Below are positions 61,874 through 64,000 of a stretch of 64,000 nt of DNA, one piece after another; positions within the stretch are counted from its first letter, which is position 1; each line of letters opens with the position of its first letter. The notes under the pieces were generated by a model. It saw only the letters and a list, made by a program, of their open reading frames with translations. It searched no databases and was not told the origin of the DNA. The translations under genes were made by a program, and so were the position numbers. Where the stretch lies: the NCBI GenBank assembly GCA_041583775.1, contig JBFHFF010000001.1, positions 158,725 to 222,724 on the forward strand, given 5' to 3'. The stretch is from Candidatus Moraniibacteriota bacterium. GTDB lineage: Bacteria; Patescibacteriota; Minisyncoccia; Moranbacterales; DUUL01.

Positions 61874-61947
61874 TGGGTCTGTCCAGATTTGAACTGGAGA
61901 CCTCCACGATGTCAACGTGGCGCTCTAACCAACTGAGCTACAAACCC
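61874..61947 (-). tRNA. tRNA-Val (anticodon GAC)
   Basis: The reverse complement GGGTTTGTAGCTCAGTTGGTTAGAGCGCCACGTTGACATCGTGGAGGTCTCCAGTTCAAATCTGGACAGACCCA forms a cloverleaf. CCA is not encoded. Confidence 0.85.
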
Positions 61948-62192
61948 CTTTGTTGTTAAATTTTAAAATATCAATGATACCCTAAAATCACTCTCCTCTT
62001 TGTTTTTAAACAAAATCACCTCTTTTGTAAATTCACTTTACTAACCAATATATCTTAATCATAAATTAAAGTTTTTTCAAGTCCACTTTCACTCAACGAC
62101 CTTTTTTCCCTTATTATATCTTTAATTCATTTTACTTTCACTCTTCAAAGTGTTATGTTTAATGGTAGTTTTGATATTTTAAAATTTCATTT

Positions 62193-62708
62193 ATGTATTC
62201 AGTAAACCAAGAATTAATTTTATTCGCGCTTTGTTTTTTTGTTTTTTTTCTTTTAGTTTGGAATGTTGTCAATCAAATCACACTATTTAAAATCAGAAAA
62301 AATCAAAAGACTCTTTTTAGGGGTGAAAAAGCTAAAAATCTTGAGAGAATTGTTCTTGATAATCAAAAAGCTTGGGGTTCAATAAATAGTGATATAGACG
62401 ATTTATACAAAATAACAACAAACATTCACGAACTTGCTCATCTTGGCCTACATAAGATTGGAATGATACGATTCAATCCTTTTCGTGATATTGGCGGAGA
62501 TCAAAGCTTCTCAATTGCACTTTTAGATGGTGAAAATGATGGCTTAGTGATCTCTTCTATCTATTCTCGTGACGGTGTTAGGGTTTACACAAAGGCAATT
62601 CAAAACGGACTATCTGAAAAACACCCTTTAACCGAAGAAGAGAAAAAAGCAATTGAAGTTGCTTCTTCTGCCAAATTTATTTCTCCAACAAAGAAAAAAA
62701 TTAAGTAA
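62193..62708 (+). CDS. DUF4446-like protein
   Basis: N-terminal TM. Motif IRFNPFRDIGGDQSFSIALLDGENDGLVISSIYSRDGVRVYTK, recalled as characteristic of DUF4446. Confidence 0.45.
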   Translation: MYSVNQELILFALCFFVFFLLVWNVVNQITLFKIRKNQKTLFRGEKAKNLERIVLDNQKAWGSINSDIDDLYKITTNIHELAHLGLHKIGMIRFNPFRDIGGDQSFSIALLDGENDGLVISSIYSRDGVRVYTKAIQNGLSEKHPLTEEEKKAIEVASSAKFISPTKKKIK

Positions 62709-62809
62709 TTCTCAATTTTAATTAATTGACTATTTGCTAATTTATTGCTATAAAAGAACATTGCACTTGAATGTTGTGACTTTTATATTCTAACAATATA
62801 ACTTAAAAA

Positions 62810-64000
62810 ATGTCTATGCCCCAAGAAAACAAAACTCTTGTTAAAATTCCTTTTCAATTAACTGTCGGTGATCTTGCAAAGCGTCTCGAGATTAGCGCTA
62901 TTGAAGTTATTAAAAAATTAATGGAAAACGGCGTAATGGCTTCGATTAATCAGATTATTGATTATGAAACTGCTGTTCTTATTGCTGAGGAATTCGGATT
63001 TGAAACCTCTATCGAGGAGAGCGCCATTGACGATGAAATACTTACAATTGAAAAATTGGGAGAATTATTGAAACTTGAACAAGAAACTTCCGATACTCTT
63101 ACAATGAGAGCACCAATTGTAACAATCCTTGGACATGTTGATCATGGAAAAACAACTTTATTAGACACTTTAAGAAAAACTCATATCGCAGAAAAGGAGT
63201 CTGGCGGTATAACTCAACACATAAGCGCTTACCAAGCCAAGAAAAAAGGTGAATTAATAACTTTCATTGACACTCCTGGTCATGAAGCCTTTGCTTCAAT
63301 GCGAGAAAGAGGAGCTGGAATAGCCGATATTGCCATTTTAGTTGTAGCAGCTGATGATGGGGTTAAGCCTCAAACAAAAGAAGTTGCTCTCTTTTTAATG
63401 GAAAATAAAATCCCAACAATTGTAGCTGTTAACAAAATCGACAAGCCAGAGGCAAATGTGAATCGAGTAAAAAAAGAGTTGGCCGAACTTGGTGTTTTGG
63501 TTGAAGGTTACGGCGGAGATATTCCTCTTAATGAAATTTCCGCAAAACAAAATTTGGGATTAGATAATCTCTTGGATACAATTTTATTAGTAGCTGAAAT
63601 GCAAAAATTTGAAGCAAATAAAGAACGGGGAGCTCTTGGGGTTGTTCTGGAAGCACACAAAGACCCTCAAAAGGGTGCCGTTGCTACTGTAATAATCAAA
63701 ACTGGAACTCTAAAGGTTGGCCAAAATATTACAATTGGAAGCATCAATGGTAGGGTCAGAAAAATTGAGGATTATGCCGGAAAATCAGTTAAATCCGCTG
63801 GACCGTCAATGCCCATAACTCTTATAGGCCTACCAGATGTTCCTAATAGTAACGATGTTTTACAAGTTCAATCAGGACAACTAGACAGAAAAAAAAGAAA
63901 GTTATTGGCAAGACAAGGAGCTTTTGTTTCCAGAGGAGCAGTTGCACATAATTCCCAAGATCTCATCCGAAATATTGATGCTGCTTTGATGAAAAAATTC
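62810..64000 (+). CDS. infB: translation initiation factor IF-2 (5' part; gene continues past the window end)
   Basis: G-domain APIVTILGHVDHGKTTLLDTLRK, DTPGHEAF and NKID. In frame to position 64000. Confidence 0.85.
   Translation, partial: MSMPQENKTLVKIPFQLTVGDLAKRLEISAIEVIKKLMENGVMASINQIIDYETAVLIAEEFGFETSIEESAIDDEILTIEKLGELLKLEQETSDTLTMRAPIVTILGHVDHGKTTLLDTLRKTHIAEKESGGITQHISAYQAKKKGELITFIDTPGHEAFASMRERGAGIADIAILVVAADDGVKPQTKEVALFLMENKIPTIVAVNKIDKPEANVNRVKKELAELGVLVEGYGGDIPLNEISAKQNLGLDNLLDTILLVAEMQKFEANKERGALGVVLEAHKDPQKGAVATVIIKTGTLKVGQNITIGSINGRVRKIEDYAGKSVKSAGPSMPITLIGLPDVPNSNDVLQVQSGQLDRKKRKLLARQGAFVSRGAVAHNSQDLIRNIDAALMKKF

Overview
The window is AT-rich (about 30-32% GC), densely packed and read in the standard genetic code. 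Its gene content looks like a reduced-genome Patescibacteria/CPR-type bacterium; that assignment is inference from gene content, not a measured result. Housekeeping genes I can support include rlmH, pth, recA, tgt, recO, uvrB, secG, rnj, rpsB-tsf, pnp, ileS, lspA, comM, xerD and a partial infB. There are five tRNA genes: Glu, a Thr-Tyr-Thr operon and Val. The window also holds a cell-envelope glycosylation cluster, a small glycan-utilisation cluster and many intrinsic terminators. The most notable non-standard content is: (1) a three-member paralogous family of membrane-anchored, cysteine-rich lysozyme-like proteins, one pair in tandem next to tRNA-Glu; (2) a Clp/Hsp100 double-AAA ATPase with an N-terminal multi-pass membrane domain; (3) a textbook-looking T-box antiterminator/terminator upstream of a deoxyribosyltransferase-like gene and ileS; (4) a 1-kb gene-free region with a perfect sigma70 consensus promoter and a 22-bp hairpin, a candidate undescribed ncRNA; (5) a GC-elevated pyrE-pyrF pair that looks foreign to this genome. 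No CRISPR array, rRNA or obvious transposase was seen. All coordinates and motifs were read directly from the sequence; family assignments rest on recalled motifs and should be confirmed by HMM/BLAST searches.
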